Source: Dehalococcoidia bacterium
GTDB taxonomy: Bacteria; Chloroflexota; Dehalococcoidia; Lucifugimonadales; JAGWBF01
Assembly (NCBI GenBank): GCA_965197405.1
Contig: OZ240206.1
Coordinates: 2,386,183 to 2,450,182 of the forward strand
Length of the DNA: 64,000 bases
Direction: 5' to 3'
This document shows positions 10,204 through 19,307 of this stretch, one piece after another. Each line of letters begins with the position of its first letter. Position 1 is the first letter of the stretch. The position numbers and the translations under genes are program-made. The notes under the pieces were generated by a model that was not told where the DNA came from, ran no database searches, and saw nothing but the letters and a program-made list of their open reading frames with translations.

Positions 10204-10509
10204 TCAGCCGGGCTGGTAGCGCTGGACGCTAATCTCGTTTGCCCGGGTACGCATCTGCGACGCGTCGTACCAGGCCTGCATCCGCAGCAGCATGTCCATG
10301 CTCACGTCAAAGGCCTTCTCGATCCTAAGAGCCATCTCCGGTGAAAGTGAAGCGTTGCCGTTCAACAGGCTAGAAAGCGTCGTCCGTCGGACACCCAAAA
10401 CCTCGGTTGCCTTCGTCACGCTCAGACCAACCCCTGCGATGACCTCTGTGCGAATGAAGTCGCCTGGATGCGAAGGGGTCATGTTCACCTTGATGACGCT
10501 AGTAGCCAT
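10204..10509 (-). CDS. higA: HigA-family HTH antitoxin (no adjacent higB)
   Basis: HPGDFIR, LSPEMALRIEKAF, MQAWYD. Confidence 0.85.
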   Translation of the reverse strand: MATSVIKVNMTPSHPGDFIRTEVIAGVGLSVTKATEVLGVRRTTLSSLLNGNASLSPEMALRIEKAFDVSMDMLLRMQAWYDASQMRTRANEISVQRYQPG

Positions 10510-10886
10510 CAGCTAAAGCGCCCCTGCTTCTGCATCATCTGCAATATGTTCCCGTCGGGGTCCAGGAAGGTGGCTACCCAGCCGCCCCAGTGCTCCTGCT
10601 CGGGCACACGTATGAACTCCACTCCCTGCCCTTTAAGGCGGTGGTACTCGTCATGTATGCCGGACACGCCGAAGGTTATCATTATGCGGTAGGGGTCGTT
10701 GGCCCGGCCCTTCACCCCGCCGTGAAGGCCAAGGTTCAGGCGCAAGCTGCCCCACTCGAAGTTGGCCCAGTCTCCCTTCCGGCTGCGGAGCCTCAGCCCC
10801 AGGGTATCCCGGTAGAAGCCCAGCAGCCGCTCCAGGTCATCCGTCCACACGGTGACGCCAATCACGCCTTCGTTCGTTTCGCCCAT
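10509..10886 (-). CDS. VOC/glyoxalase family protein
   Basis: FYRDTLGL, WGGWVATFLDPDGNILQ. Confidence 0.85.
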   Translation of the reverse strand: MGETNEGVIGVTVWTDDLERLLGFYRDTLGLRLRSRKGDWANFEWGSLRLNLGLHGGVKGRANDPYRIMITFGVSGIHDEYHRLKGQGVEFIRVPEQEHWGGWVATFLDPDGNILQMMQKQGRFS

Positions 10887-10895
10887 TCTGTCCCC

Positions 10896-11678
10896 TTATC
10901 CGGCCAGCTCACGCACCTTGGCCCCCACGTCGGCAGCGGTGATGAGGGCCTCGCCCACCAGGGCGGCGTGGACGCCCAGCCCCTTGAGCATGGCCATATC
11001 CTCCCTTGCGCTGATGCCACTCTCGCTGACCACTATCTTACCCCTTGGCGCCAGCCCTGCCAGATTCCGGGTCACCGACAGGTCGGTGTGAAAGGTGCGC
11101 AGGTCCCGGTTGTTGATGCCGACAATCTCCGCCCCCGCATCCAAGGCCACCTTCAGTTCCTCCTCGGTGTGGACCTCCACCAGGCATTGCATCCAGAAGC
11201 TGCGGCTGAGGGTCAAAAGCTCCTTCATTCTCTGGGGCGTCAGGATGGCGACTATAAGGAGAACGGCATCGGCCCCGTGTGCCCTGGCCTCGTACACCTG
11301 GTACGGGTCGAAGAGGAAGTCCTTGCGCAGCACCGGAATCCCGCGCGCCTGCACCACTTCTTTTACCGATGCCAGGTGGTCCAGAGTCCCCTGGAACCGG
11401 GGGTCCGTGAGCACTGATATGGCAGCGGCCCCGTTCTCCGCATAGGTGCTGGCCAGCGCGACCGGGTCGAAGTCAGGCGAGAGGAGGCCGCGAGAGGGTG
11501 AGGCCTTCTTTATCTCGGCTATGAGGCGGACCTGGTCGCCCAGCAGAGCGCCGGAGAAGTTCAGGGGCCTGGGCTGGGCCGAAATTCGCCGCTCCAGGGC
11601 CTCAATGGGGACCTCGGATTTCCCTTGCTCCAACTCCTCACGCTTTGCGGCGACGATGTCGTCAAGTATGGTAGCCAT
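10896..11678 (-). CDS. trpC: Indole-3-glycerol phosphate synthase
   Basis: IAEIKKASPS, LRKDF, GINNRDL, ESGI. Confidence 0.96.
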   Translation of the reverse strand: MATILDDIVAAKREELEQGKSEVPIEALERRISAQPRPLNFSGALLGDQVRLIAEIKKASPSRGLLSPDFDPVALASTYAENGAAAISVLTDPRFQGTLDHLASVKEVVQARGIPVLRKDFLFDPYQVYEARAHGADAVLLIVAILTPQRMKELLTLSRSFWMQCLVEVHTEEELKVALDAGAEIVGINNRDLRTFHTDLSVTRNLAGLAPRGKIVVSESGISAREDMAMLKGLGVHAALVGEALITAADVGAKVRELAG

Positions 11679-11885
11679 CTAGGGTAGCCTGACCTCCTCT
11701 CCTTTGACCAGACTCGTTATGGAGCCAAGGAGAAACTCCCTTCCGCCCTGAATCTCAAAGACGACCGGCCTGCCCTCGGTGGAGAAGTGGGTAATAATAC
11801 CATCCATCTCCTCTGCGTAATCAACCGGGGAATCGGAAAGCCATACCATAAGTATGTCTACGTCTTTGCTGTATTTAATCTTCAT
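11679..11885 (-). CDS. Small DUF2283-like protein
   Basis: MKIKYSKDVDILMVWLSD...GRPVVFEI pattern; coupled between trpD and trpC. Confidence 0.65.
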   Translation of the reverse strand: MKIKYSKDVDILMVWLSDSPVDYAEEMDGIITHFSTEGRPVVFEIQGGREFLLGSITSLVKGEEVRLP

Positions 11886-12895
11886 ACTGACTGTTGGCTC
11901 AACTCTGCCAGGGCGTTCACCTTCTTCAAGGCTTCTCCACAGGCGATGGCGTCACTGGCAAGGGCTATGCCCTCCTTCAAGTCCTGCGCCTTTTCCCCCA
12001 CCACCAGCACGGCGGCGCTGTTGAGCAGCACCACGTCCCTCGCAGGTCCCTTCTCCCCCTGGAATACCCGGCGTAGAATCCGAGCGTTTTCCTCCCTATC
12101 GCCCCCCTTTATCTCGTCCGCGGACACCGGCGGCAAACCCAACTCCCGAGGGGATAAGACGTAAGAGCGAGTGGCGCCGTCTCGAACCTCCCATACGTGG
12201 GTCCTCGCGCCAAGGGTCAACTCGTCCAAGCCGTCCTCCCCGTGCACCACCATCGAGTGCCGGGAACCCAGTAGCTTGAGCACCTCCGCCATCTTATCGC
12301 CCAGTCCGAGATTGGCGACGCCCAGGAGCTGGCATTGAGCGCCTGCCGGGTTGGTCAGAGGACCCAGGATGTTGAACACCGTGCGGATGCCTATCTCCCT
12401 GCGCGCCGGGGCGGCGTGGCGCATCGCGGGATGGAAGGTCTGGGCAAACATGAACCCGATGCCCACCTCCTCGATGCACTGCTTTACGCCCTCCGGACCC
12501 AGGTCTATCTTTACCCCCAGGGCCTCCAGCACGTCGGCGCTCCCACAGGAGCCGGAGGCGGCGCGGTTGCCGTGCTTGGCTATCCTGAGGCCCGCCGCCG
12601 CGCCCACAAAGGCGGCGGCAGTGGAGACGTTGAAGCTCCCCTTGCCATCGCCCCCCGTGCCGGCGGTGTCCACCAGCGTTCCGTCCACCTCCACCTTCAG
12701 CGCCTTCTCTCGCATGACGATGGCCATGCCCGCCATCTCCTGGGCGGTCTCACCCTTCACTCGCAAGGCGGCGAGGAAGGCCCCAAGCTGTGCGGGGGTG
12801 GCCTCTCCATCCATGATTTCGCGCATGACGCCGGATGCCTCTTCCATGCTCAGGGAGCGGCCCAATACGAGGGACTCAATCGCCTCTCTAATCAC
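11882..12895 (-). CDS. trpD: Anthranilate phosphoribosyltransferase
   Basis: DTAGTGGDG, KHGNR, GSADVLEALG, FNILGPLTNP. Confidence 0.96.
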   Translation of the reverse strand: MIREAIESLVLGRSLSMEEASGVMREIMDGEATPAQLGAFLAALRVKGETAQEMAGMAIVMREKALKVEVDGTLVDTAGTGGDGKGSFNVSTAAAFVGAAAGLRIAKHGNRAASGSCGSADVLEALGVKIDLGPEGVKQCIEEVGIGFMFAQTFHPAMRHAAPARREIGIRTVFNILGPLTNPAGAQCQLLGVANLGLGDKMAEVLKLLGSRHSMVVHGEDGLDELTLGARTHVWEVRDGATRSYVLSPRELGLPPVSADEIKGGDREENARILRRVFQGEKGPARDVVLLNSAAVLVVGEKAQDLKEGIALASDAIACGEALKKVNALAELSQQSV

Positions 12896-12922
12896 GGCGT
12901 CCTCGCGACGTCCGGCCCAGAC

Positions 12923-13336
12923 CTAGCCGGTCCACAGGAGCTTCTCCGGGGTAATCCGGATGAGGGCCATCTCTTCGGCGGCCATCGAGTTTGCCCACTC
13001 CGCGCCCTCTTCGGGGCCGAAGTAGCGGACGGCCAGCCTGCGGTGCACCTCCTGGGCCAGGTCATTGTCCATCACCATCTCGGCGCGGCCCAGGACGGTG
13101 AGGGACTTGACCTGGCGGGAGGTATCGGTTATGCACAGGGCGACCTGGGGGTTCTGGTGGATATTGCGCACCTTGGCGGCGCCGGCCTCGGTGGCGACGG
13201 TGAAGGACTCGCCGTCGTACTCGTACCAGATGGGGAAGACCTGGGGGCCGCCGCTGGGATAGACCGTGGCCAGGATTGCCAGGTAGTTATGCTGGGTGAA
13301 CTCGAGGACTCGCCTGGATGTTGTGGTCATGGTCAT
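12923..13336 (-). CDS. PPOX-class (F420/FMN-binding split barrel) oxidoreductase
   Basis: LATVYPSGGPQVFPIWY, KVRNIHQNPQVAL. Confidence 0.8.
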   Translation of the reverse strand: MTMTTTSRRVLEFTQHNYLAILATVYPSGGPQVFPIWYEYDGESFTVATEAGAAKVRNIHQNPQVALCITDTSRQVKSLTVLGRAEMVMDNDLAQEVHRRLAVRYFGPEEGAEWANSMAAEEMALIRITPEKLLWTG

Positions 13337-13418
13337 TTTAGCCGCCTCACCTTGAATCTCCGTATTGCCCCCATTCTAGCACAAGCCGGGCAAGATTGTT
13401 CTAGCTTGGGATGGCATC

Positions 13419-13576
13419 CAGGGCCTTTCAGTTCTCACGCCAGGCAAATACAGGCCCCCGCCGCGTGTCATTCCGAGCGCAGCGAGGAATCTAAAAATGC
13501 TTGGATAGCAGCACGCCTAAGAAGGCAAGGACTTTAGACCCCTCGCTCCTCTCGGGGTGACAATTGAATGGCCCTG
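13419..13576. mobile_element. MITE-like REP-containing element (copy D)
   Basis: Ends CAGGGCCTTTCA / TGAATGGCCCTG; exact 10-bp flanking duplication GGATGGCATC (13409-13418, 13577-13586). Confidence 0.8.
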
Positions 13577-13614
13577 GGATGGCATCCAGGGCCTCTCGAT
13601 TATGGGCAGTCTCT

Positions 13615-15249
13615 TCAGCCCCTACCAAAACCACCCATTGTCGCTTGCTCGCCCTCCGGAGGGCGCACCCGTTCCGTCGCCTGGTACACGGGTTGGCGGG
13701 GCGGCATGTCGAACCCCTGGCCGGCCAGCATTTCCGATACCGTCCGCAACTGAATCTTGGGGAAATCCCGATTCCACAAATCCGAGTGGAAGAACCCTCC
13801 GCTGGCCGCTTCGGAACGCATGGGACCCGTCGGCGCCTCCAGGCTGATGAACAGGCCCAACGCCGCCTTTTCCCGCTCCACGACACCTTTCAGGTCCCGG
13901 ACTTGCGGGGCGGAGACGTGGCCGCCCTTGACCTGGATAACGACCTTCTGCGGCGTCCGGCGAGGGCCGTCCACGAAGTAGATAACCCCGTCAATGCCCC
14001 GGTCAGCGCCCCTTTTCTGCTCCTGTTGCGGCTGGGCCTCCAGCAGCGACACGGCCCAGAACTGGAACTGGTAGGGGTCCTGCTCCCACAGGGCGCGGGC
14101 GCTGCCCTCGTCCTGTGGCTCGCCCACCACGTCGTAGTCCTTGCCCGGCTCCAGGTTGAACATGGTCTTGAGCCGGTTCTTCATCAGGGACACGGCCAGG
14201 TGGGTTATATCTATCCCAATCCACTGTCGCTTGAGCTTCTCGGCGGCGGCCACCGCCGTGCCGCAGCCACAGAAAGGGTCCAGCACCACATCGCCCTCGT
14301 TGGAGGATGCCTGGATGATGCGCTCCAATAGGGCCAAAGGTTTTTGGGTGGGGTAGCCCAGGCGTTCTTTGGCTTGAGAGTTGATTGGGGGAATATCAAT
14401 CCACATGTCTTGAAGCGACACACCTGGCATCTCATCAAGGTAGCGTATATATTCCGCTACGCCGTTACGGGTATACCTGATCCGTCCTTCATTGTCTAGA
14501 CGTTCCATCGTCTCATGTGGGCAACGCCATATACGTGAGACACCGTTCCATTCGTATTCATACCCGCCACCGCTCAATCCCGTTGCGGTTAGGTTATCCG
14601 TGCGATATAAACGCCCGTCATCGGTCTTGTGATGATAGTGAGTCTTTACGTACTCAACATCATAACTCTGATACTGCTTATTCCAAACGAACTTTGCCTT
14701 GTCTTTCGCGTAGGAGAAGATAATGTCGTGTGTGTTTCCACAAGCCTTTGCATCACTGTGCGCTGCTGAACGCTTCCAGACGATTTCGTTCCTGAAATTC
14801 TCCTGCCCAAACACCGTATCCATCACAATCTTCAAGTAATGGCTGGCGGTGGGGTCGCAGTGGAGGTAGAGGCTGCCGGTGGGTTTGAGGACGCGGCGCA
14901 GATCCACCAGGCGGGGAGTCATCATCACCAGGTAGGCCATCATCGCGTTCTGGCCGATGAACTGTCGGAAGGCGGCAATCATGTCCTTCACCGCCGAGGG
15001 AGTCCCCGGGTGCATGATGATGTCCTGCTCAAAGGTGCGCTCCGTCTCCAGGGTCCACTCCCAGGTATCGGTGAAGGCCTTGATTTGGGCAGGGGAGTCC
15101 TCGCCCGACTTCTCCCGGAACAGGACGTTGTAGGAGGCGTTGGAGTTGAAGGGCGGGTCCAGGTACACTAGGTCCACCGACTCGTCGGGGATGTACTGGC
15201 GGAGTATGTCCAGGTTGTCGCCGTAGTAGAGGGTGTTGGGCATGGTCAT
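13615..15249 (-). CDS. N6/N4 DNA methyltransferase (beta class) with C-terminal Mrr-like PD-(D/E)xK domain
   Basis: YLDPPF, YPTQKP, DPFCGCGT; C-terminal DRGIDG..IQVKGG. Confidence 0.88.
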   Translation of the reverse strand: MTMPNTLYYGDNLDILRQYIPDESVDLVYLDPPFNSNASYNVLFREKSGEDSPAQIKAFTDTWEWTLETERTFEQDIIMHPGTPSAVKDMIAAFRQFIGQNAMMAYLVMMTPRLVDLRRVLKPTGSLYLHCDPTASHYLKIVMDTVFGQENFRNEIVWKRSAAHSDAKACGNTHDIIFSYAKDKAKFVWNKQYQSYDVEYVKTHYHHKTDDGRLYRTDNLTATGLSGGGYEYEWNGVSRIWRCPHETMERLDNEGRIRYTRNGVAEYIRYLDEMPGVSLQDMWIDIPPINSQAKERLGYPTQKPLALLERIIQASSNEGDVVLDPFCGCGTAVAAAEKLKRQWIGIDITHLAVSLMKNRLKTMFNLEPGKDYDVVGEPQDEGSARALWEQDPYQFQFWAVSLLEAQPQQEQKRGADRGIDGVIYFVDGPRRTPQKVVIQVKGGHVSAPQVRDLKGVVEREKAALGLFISLEAPTGPMRSEAASGGFFHSDLWNRDFPKIQLRTVSEMLAGQGFDMPPRQPVYQATERVRPPEGEQATMGGFGRG

Positions 15250-15278
15250 GTTAACCTGCGATGGAGTTGGGGGCACGC

Positions 15279-16001
15279 TTACCGCACGGCTGCCGGGCCC
15301 CGGCGCAAAATATCAGACTGTATATCCCGCAGTATTTTAATACCCGGGTCCCACCCAAAGCACTGAAATAGTTTGGTTGCTGGCTGCAAGGCCAATTCTC
15401 TAGTATTGGCGATTAGCTCCGCCCTTGACAGGTCTTCTTTATATGGTAATGGCGTAGCGCTCATCTCGCGGAAAAAGTCCGGTTCGGTTGATGGAAGGAC
15501 CCGGAGGCGATGATTTTGAATACCTCTAACTTCAACCTCCAGGTGCATTTGGTCATCACCGGCCTCAGTGAACGTCAACCTGGATGCGAACTCGAATATC
15601 TCAGCAAAGCGAAACAGCACTTCGGCAATATCCAGAAGCACAATGTAATTCCCGTCAGGTCCGGACTTCCATTGGCTGGACCACCCAGTGTATGTGCCTG
15701 AGTGTTCGTTCCAACCGGACAACATGCCGGAGTAGTGTACGAACTGACCGCTTTGATAGAACCGCCATAACTCGACGATGGAATCCCAATCAATTTCTTG
15801 ACCTATCCAGTCAGTGCCACTTTGGGTGTGCACAAAAGCGTCTATGTGAGGAAAATTCCATCCCTTAAGCTGTACTGAAGTGTTTTCCAGGATGGGAAGA
15901 AGAGCCGACCGTTCCGCGATCCGCTTCTCAACGAAAGTAGCCGGGCGAATCACTACTCTCCAATGGCCGCGGGACTTGATCTTTTCCAGAATCTCACTCA
16001 T
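15279..16001 (-). CDS. Hypothetical protein coupled to the AlbA_2 gene
   Basis: 240-aa ORF, ATGA overlap with upstream gene, lower GC. Confidence 0.7.
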   Translation of the reverse strand: MSEILEKIKSRGHWRVVIRPATFVEKRIAERSALLPILENTSVQLKGWNFPHIDAFVHTQSGTDWIGQEIDWDSIVELWRFYQSGQFVHYSGMLSGWNEHSGTYTGWSSQWKSGPDGNYIVLLDIAEVLFRFAEIFEFASRLTFTEAGDDQMHLEVEVRGIQNHRLRVLPSTEPDFFREMSATPLPYKEDLSRAELIANTRELALQPATKLFQCFGWDPGIKILRDIQSDILRRGPAAVR

Positions 16002-16618
16002 CTTAACTCCCCTAGTTGCTCATCGAAGTGTTCTTGCTCGGCGTGCGGTGACATGCCCGTTGAGGCATCGAACAGTCCTACCCGCCGTGCACTTTCCAAG
16101 AATTGTCTCACGCCCTTTTCAATTGCCAAACCGAGTAAGTCCCGCATATCGGCGTGAGTGGGAATATCCGAGGTCTCCGGCTTCCTTCGAGTTCTGACAT
16201 AGCAGGCCCCGTCCCGCAGCACATCGTCATAAGCCCGCTTGCACAGAACCGGAATATCTGAGAATTCCTCCACCTCGATAACCAAATACCTGTTTCCATT
16301 ATACTGTCTTGTTTCGATTTCAAAGCTGACGCCAGGGTCGGCATAGCGTGCCACTTGGTCCGATACGGCATCGTATGTCCAGGTTGGCAGGTCATCGGCA
16401 CTGATGCCAATTGGATTGAGGACATTCCCGTCATCCTCAACTCCAATTATGACCCTGCCTCCATCGCGTCTATTGGCCATGCCCAGCATTGCCTTGACAA
16501 CCTGGGCAACAAGCCTGCCGTCCCGTACTGGGCCTGGGCCCTTGAACTCCAATCCGCTCAATTCATGGCCCCGGTCTATGATCAGGTCCATAAGCTGGGT
16601 AAATTCTTCGTCGGTCAC
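15998..16618 (-). CDS. AlbA_2/Schlafen-like domain protein
   Basis: E..GLEFK, GMANRRDGGRVIIGVEDDG, CYVR. Confidence 0.8.
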   Translation of the reverse strand: MTDEEFTQLMDLIIDRGHELSGLEFKGPGPVRDGRLVAQVVKAMLGMANRRDGGRVIIGVEDDGNVLNPIGISADDLPTWTYDAVSDQVARYADPGVSFEIETRQYNGNRYLVIEVEEFSDIPVLCKRAYDDVLRDGACYVRTRRKPETSDIPTHADMRDLLGLAIEKGVRQFLESARRVGLFDASTGMSPHAEQEHFDEQLGELR

Positions 16619-16807
16619 TTATCCTTCCCCCGCCAACACCCCTGCGTCCCTGATGTAGTCCAGTGTCTCCCGTATGCCGGCAATCTGGTCATCCTCCGGC
16701 TCGGTAACGCCATCATAGAAGCAGGCCCCGTGCAGGAAGGATTGGCGGGAGGCCAAATGTTCCCGCAGCGCCTCAAGGCTGTCGCCGCAGTAGAGGGTGT
16801 TGGGCAT
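16619..16807 (-). pseudogene. Chimeric remnant: methylase-like start fused to a duplicated gene 3' end
   Basis: MPNTLYCGD (cf. MPNTLYYGD of the methylase at 15243) joined to EDDQIAGIRETLDYIRDAGVLAGEG*, whose DNA recurs at 17953-18031. Confidence 0.55.
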
Positions 16808-16811
16808 GACG

Positions 16812-17621
16812 CTACACTCCCGCCAAGGCCGAGGCGGGTACGGAAGCCGTTCCCTTGTGCAGAAGTTCCGCGGCTTCCCGGAGAATATCACCGTAATTTT
16901 CCGGGCTGGGTTCAACGGATTTTTCCGTATCAAGCGCGGGACCAGAAGGCTGTTCTCGCAGCCCTGCATGAAGGGCATTCATGGTTTCCGTGCCCGCCTT
17001 TAGCTTCCGGGATTCCCGATTCCATTCTGCGGCATCAATATGTCCGATATATTCCTCGGATGTTGCATTCCATTCCAGGTATGCTTTGAAGAGGACGCCC
17101 ACTACCAATCGTGGAGTGACAGCAGGTGAAGGTTGGTAAACCAACTGTATCCGGACGGCCCCCGGCCCTTCTCCGACAAATCGGAATTCCACACGGTCAT
17201 AATTTGGGTTATCCGATAGCTTGGGACTATCAGTGGGATTATCAGAAGGTACAATGCGGAAAGCAATGACTTCATCGTCATAGGTGGTATAAATGAGTCG
17301 CCCGTGTTCCAGGGGAACCGTAGCCCTCTGCTGGTAACTGGGCAATGGTTCAAGTTCTCCGGGAACCCCGTCTTCGTTCCGTTCTTGGGCTTTGTCGTAC
17401 TGCGCCTGCAATTGATACCAGGTAGACGCGCCGCCGCCAAACAACTTATCCAAGCCGACAGCCATGACGAAGGATATGCCTGCCTGTCCGTTGATAACGC
17501 TTAATAGCTGCTCGGGGCTGACTCCCAGCTTTTGCGCTGTCTCGGCCACGCTCATCCCCAATGGTTCCATGCAATCACGAAGGATTGAACGCCCCGGATG
17601 GGGTGGAAACTTCATTGGCAT
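16812..17621 (-). CDS. higA: HigA-like antitoxin with long C-terminal extension
   Basis: PPHPGRSILRD..TWYQLQAQYD followed by about 180 extra residues. Confidence 0.7.
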   Translation of the reverse strand: MPMKFPPHPGRSILRDCMEPLGMSVAETAQKLGVSPEQLLSVINGQAGISFVMAVGLDKLFGGGASTWYQLQAQYDKAQERNEDGVPGELEPLPSYQQRATVPLEHGRLIYTTYDDEVIAFRIVPSDNPTDSPKLSDNPNYDRVEFRFVGEGPGAVRIQLVYQPSPAVTPRLVVGVLFKAYLEWNATSEEYIGHIDAAEWNRESRKLKAGTETMNALHAGLREQPSGPALDTEKSVEPSPENYGDILREAAELLHKGTASVPASALAGV

Positions 17622-17633
17622 CGTGCAGATTCC

Positions 17634-17912
17634 TCAATGATAATCAACCAAATCCACGTTGGTAACATCGCCATCATCAAACCGGAAGATGATTCTCCAG
17701 TTACCCGATACAGCTATCGACCAGAAACCGGTCAGGTCTCCACTCAGTTGGTGCAACCTGTAGCCGGGCAGATTTAGGTCCTGTGGCGCGGTCGCGGCGT
17801 CGAGCCGGGCTAGAATATCCTCCACCTTGTCAATGTACTCAGGCGGGATGCGTCTGCGTTCGCCCTTCTCAAATAAGCGTTGCAATCCCCGGTGTCGAAA
17901 CCCGATAATCAT
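17634..17912 (-). CDS. higB: HigB (RelE-family) toxin
   Basis: FRHRGLQRLF, LHQLSGD, WSIAVSGNWRIIFRF, VDYH. Confidence 0.9.
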   Translation of the reverse strand: MIIGFRHRGLQRLFEKGERRRIPPEYIDKVEDILARLDAATAPQDLNLPGYRLHQLSGDLTGFWSIAVSGNWRIIFRFDDGDVTNVDLVDYH

Positions 17913-18064
17913 CGTTGGGCAGAGAACTCGTTACCCTTCAGGTTCCAGCACATTATACTTCCCCCGCCAACGCCTCTGCGTCCCTGATGTAGTCCAGCGT
18001 CTCCCGTATGCTGGCAATCAGGTCTTCTTCTGACCCCGTCCTAGCACAAGCGGGCAAGACTGTC

Positions 18065-18646
18065 CTAACCTGAGAGAGCATCCACCCTGTCCAGGAAGTT
18101 CCGGAGCACGTCCTTGCCCACCGGGGTCATAATGGACTCGGGGTGGAACTGCACCCCTTCGACGGGGTACTCCCTGTGGCGCAGGCCCATGATTATGCCC
18201 CTGTCCGTCCAGGCGCTGACCTCCATGCAGTCGGGAAGGTCCTCGGGGTAGACGACCAGGGAGTGGTAACGGATGGCCTCGAAGGGGCTGGAGAGGCCCC
18301 GGAAGACGCCCTTCCCGTCGTGGTGAATCATGGACGTCTTGCCGTGCATTATCTCATCCGCCTGGCCCACTCTGCCGCCGTAGGCGTCGCCGATGCACTG
18401 GTTGCCCAGGCACACCCCCAGGGTGGGTATGTGGGGGCCGAAGCGGAGGATAACGTCGTTGGAGATGCCGGCCTCTCGCGGAGTGCACGGCCCCGGCGAT
18501 ATGACGATGCCCTGGGGCGATAGGGCTTCCACGTCCTCCAGGGTCAGCTTGTCGTTGCGGACCACCGTTACCTGCGCGCCCAGCTCGCAGAGATACTGGT
18601 ACAGGTTGTAGGTGAAGCTGTCGTAATTGTCTATGATGAGAATCAT
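18065..18646 (-). CDS. trpG: Anthranilate synthase component II
   Basis: [31 protein letters not shown]. Confidence 0.93.
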   Translation of the reverse strand: MILIIDNYDSFTYNLYQYLCELGAQVTVVRNDKLTLEDVEALSPQGIVISPGPCTPREAGISNDVILRFGPHIPTLGVCLGNQCIGDAYGGRVGQADEIMHGKTSMIHHDGKGVFRGLSSPFEAIRYHSLVVYPEDLPDCMEVSAWTDRGIIMGLRHREYPVEGVQFHPESIMTPVGKDVLRNFLDRVDALSG

Positions 18647-19086
18647 TCGAACGCTTCTATAAATTCCAGCCAGTTTTTGTCAGGGTCCTGGGCGTAGGCG
18701 GCCTTGCGCACCACCTTGCCGTCCTGCACGAGGGACACCGGGGGGCCGATGAAGCTCAGGCCCTTCTGCGACATGCTCGCGTAATACTCCTCAATGTTCT
18801 CCACGTAGAAGGCCAGGTGGCTCGCCCCCAGGTCATTGCGATTGATATGGCCCTCGGCGCTTGGAGGCACGAAGTACTGGACAAGCTCCAGGTTATGGCC
18901 TTCGTCGTCCATGCTCAGGAAGGCCACCTCTATGTGAGCGTCTTTGAATCCCACCAGCTTCTCTGCAAACTCTCCGGTGCGCTCGGTCCTCCGCACCAGG
19001 GCCAGGCCCATGACATCTCTGTAAAAGGCCAGAGAGCTATCCAGGTCTTTCACTACAAATCCCGTGTGGTAAAAGGACTTCAGCAT
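18643..19086 (-). CDS. VOC family protein
   Basis: [30 protein letters not shown]. Confidence 0.85.
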   Translation of the reverse strand: MLKSFYHTGFVVKDLDSSLAFYRDVMGLALVRRTERTGEFAEKLVGFKDAHIEVAFLSMDDEGHNLELVQYFVPPSAEGHINRNDLGASHLAFYVENIEEYYASMSQKGLSFIGPPVSLVQDGKVVRKAAYAQDPDKNWLEFIEAFE

Positions 19087-19113
19087 TTTTGCCTCCTTCC
19101 CTCCTATTCTACT

Positions 19114-19297
19114 CGGAGCTTTTCCATTCTCAACGTCGGGTGAATACAGGCATGTCTGCAACAAGCAGGCCCCCACCGAGCGTCATTCTGAGAAGCGGAG
19201 CGACGAAGAATCTAAAATGCCTCGCAAGCAAAGCAACACCCAGGGAAAGGATTTTAGACCCTTCGCTGTAGCTCAGGGTGACAATAAAAAGGCCCTG
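19114..19297. mobile_element. MITE-like REP-containing element (copy E)
   Basis: Degenerate left end CGGAGCTTTTCCATT, right end AATAAAAAGGCCCTG; flanks share TATTCTAC; REP core GTCATTCTGAG..GAAGAATCT / AGACCCTTCG..CAGGGTGACA. Confidence 0.65.
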
Positions 19298-19307
19298 ATA
19301 TTCTACG

